Of a DNA stretch of 64,000 bases, positions 63,991 through 64,000 are shown piece after piece. Positions within the stretch are counted from its first letter, which is position 1. Each line of letters opens with the position of its first letter. The translations under genes were made by a program, and so were the position numbers. Source of the DNA: Haliotis rubra (taxonomy: Eukaryota); the NCBI RefSeq assembly GCF_003918875.1, contig NW_025767056.1, positions 62,001 through 126,000 of the forward strand. Reading direction: 5' to 3'. The notes beneath the pieces are model-generated. The model saw only the letters and a list, made by a program, of their open reading frames with translations, did no database searches and had not been told where the DNA came from.

Positions 63991-64000
63991 AGGGAAATAC

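Overview
Eukaryotic, AT-rich, intron-containing animal DNA. The repeat repertoire suggests an invertebrate, plausibly a mollusc; this is inference only. Almost the whole window is a nested transposable-element graveyard: Tc1/mariner, hAT, RNase H-bearing I-clade (Nimb-like) LINE, Zator-like, Harbinger, P, Kolobok-like, pogo, Merlin, AcademH/DUF6589-like, DIRS-like, CryptonA, Academ-type MITE, L2/CR1-group LINE and three SINE families. The only clear host gene is a large exon of a cholinesterase-like carboxylesterase (61026-62497). The most interesting object is a 9.08-kb P-superfamily transposon (11511-20592) with perfect 31-bp TIRs and two convergent spliced genes. Gene 1 is a P/THAP9-type transposase with no recognisable THAP domain that ends shortly after the catalytic Glu. 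Gene 2 encodes a C2H2 finger joined to what looks like the missing THAP9-type C-terminal domain, suggesting a split (two-component) P transposase. Other highlights are a non-tRNA SINE with a covarying pseudoknotted 5' head, three retroposon families sharing one covarying 3' hairpin, and a Crypton with a perfect 54-bp-arm palindrome. Two large tandem duplications (~2.8 kb and ~4.7 kb) each have one indel-riddled copy and are probably long-read assembly artefacts. Family names rest on motif recognition by eye; no database searches were run.
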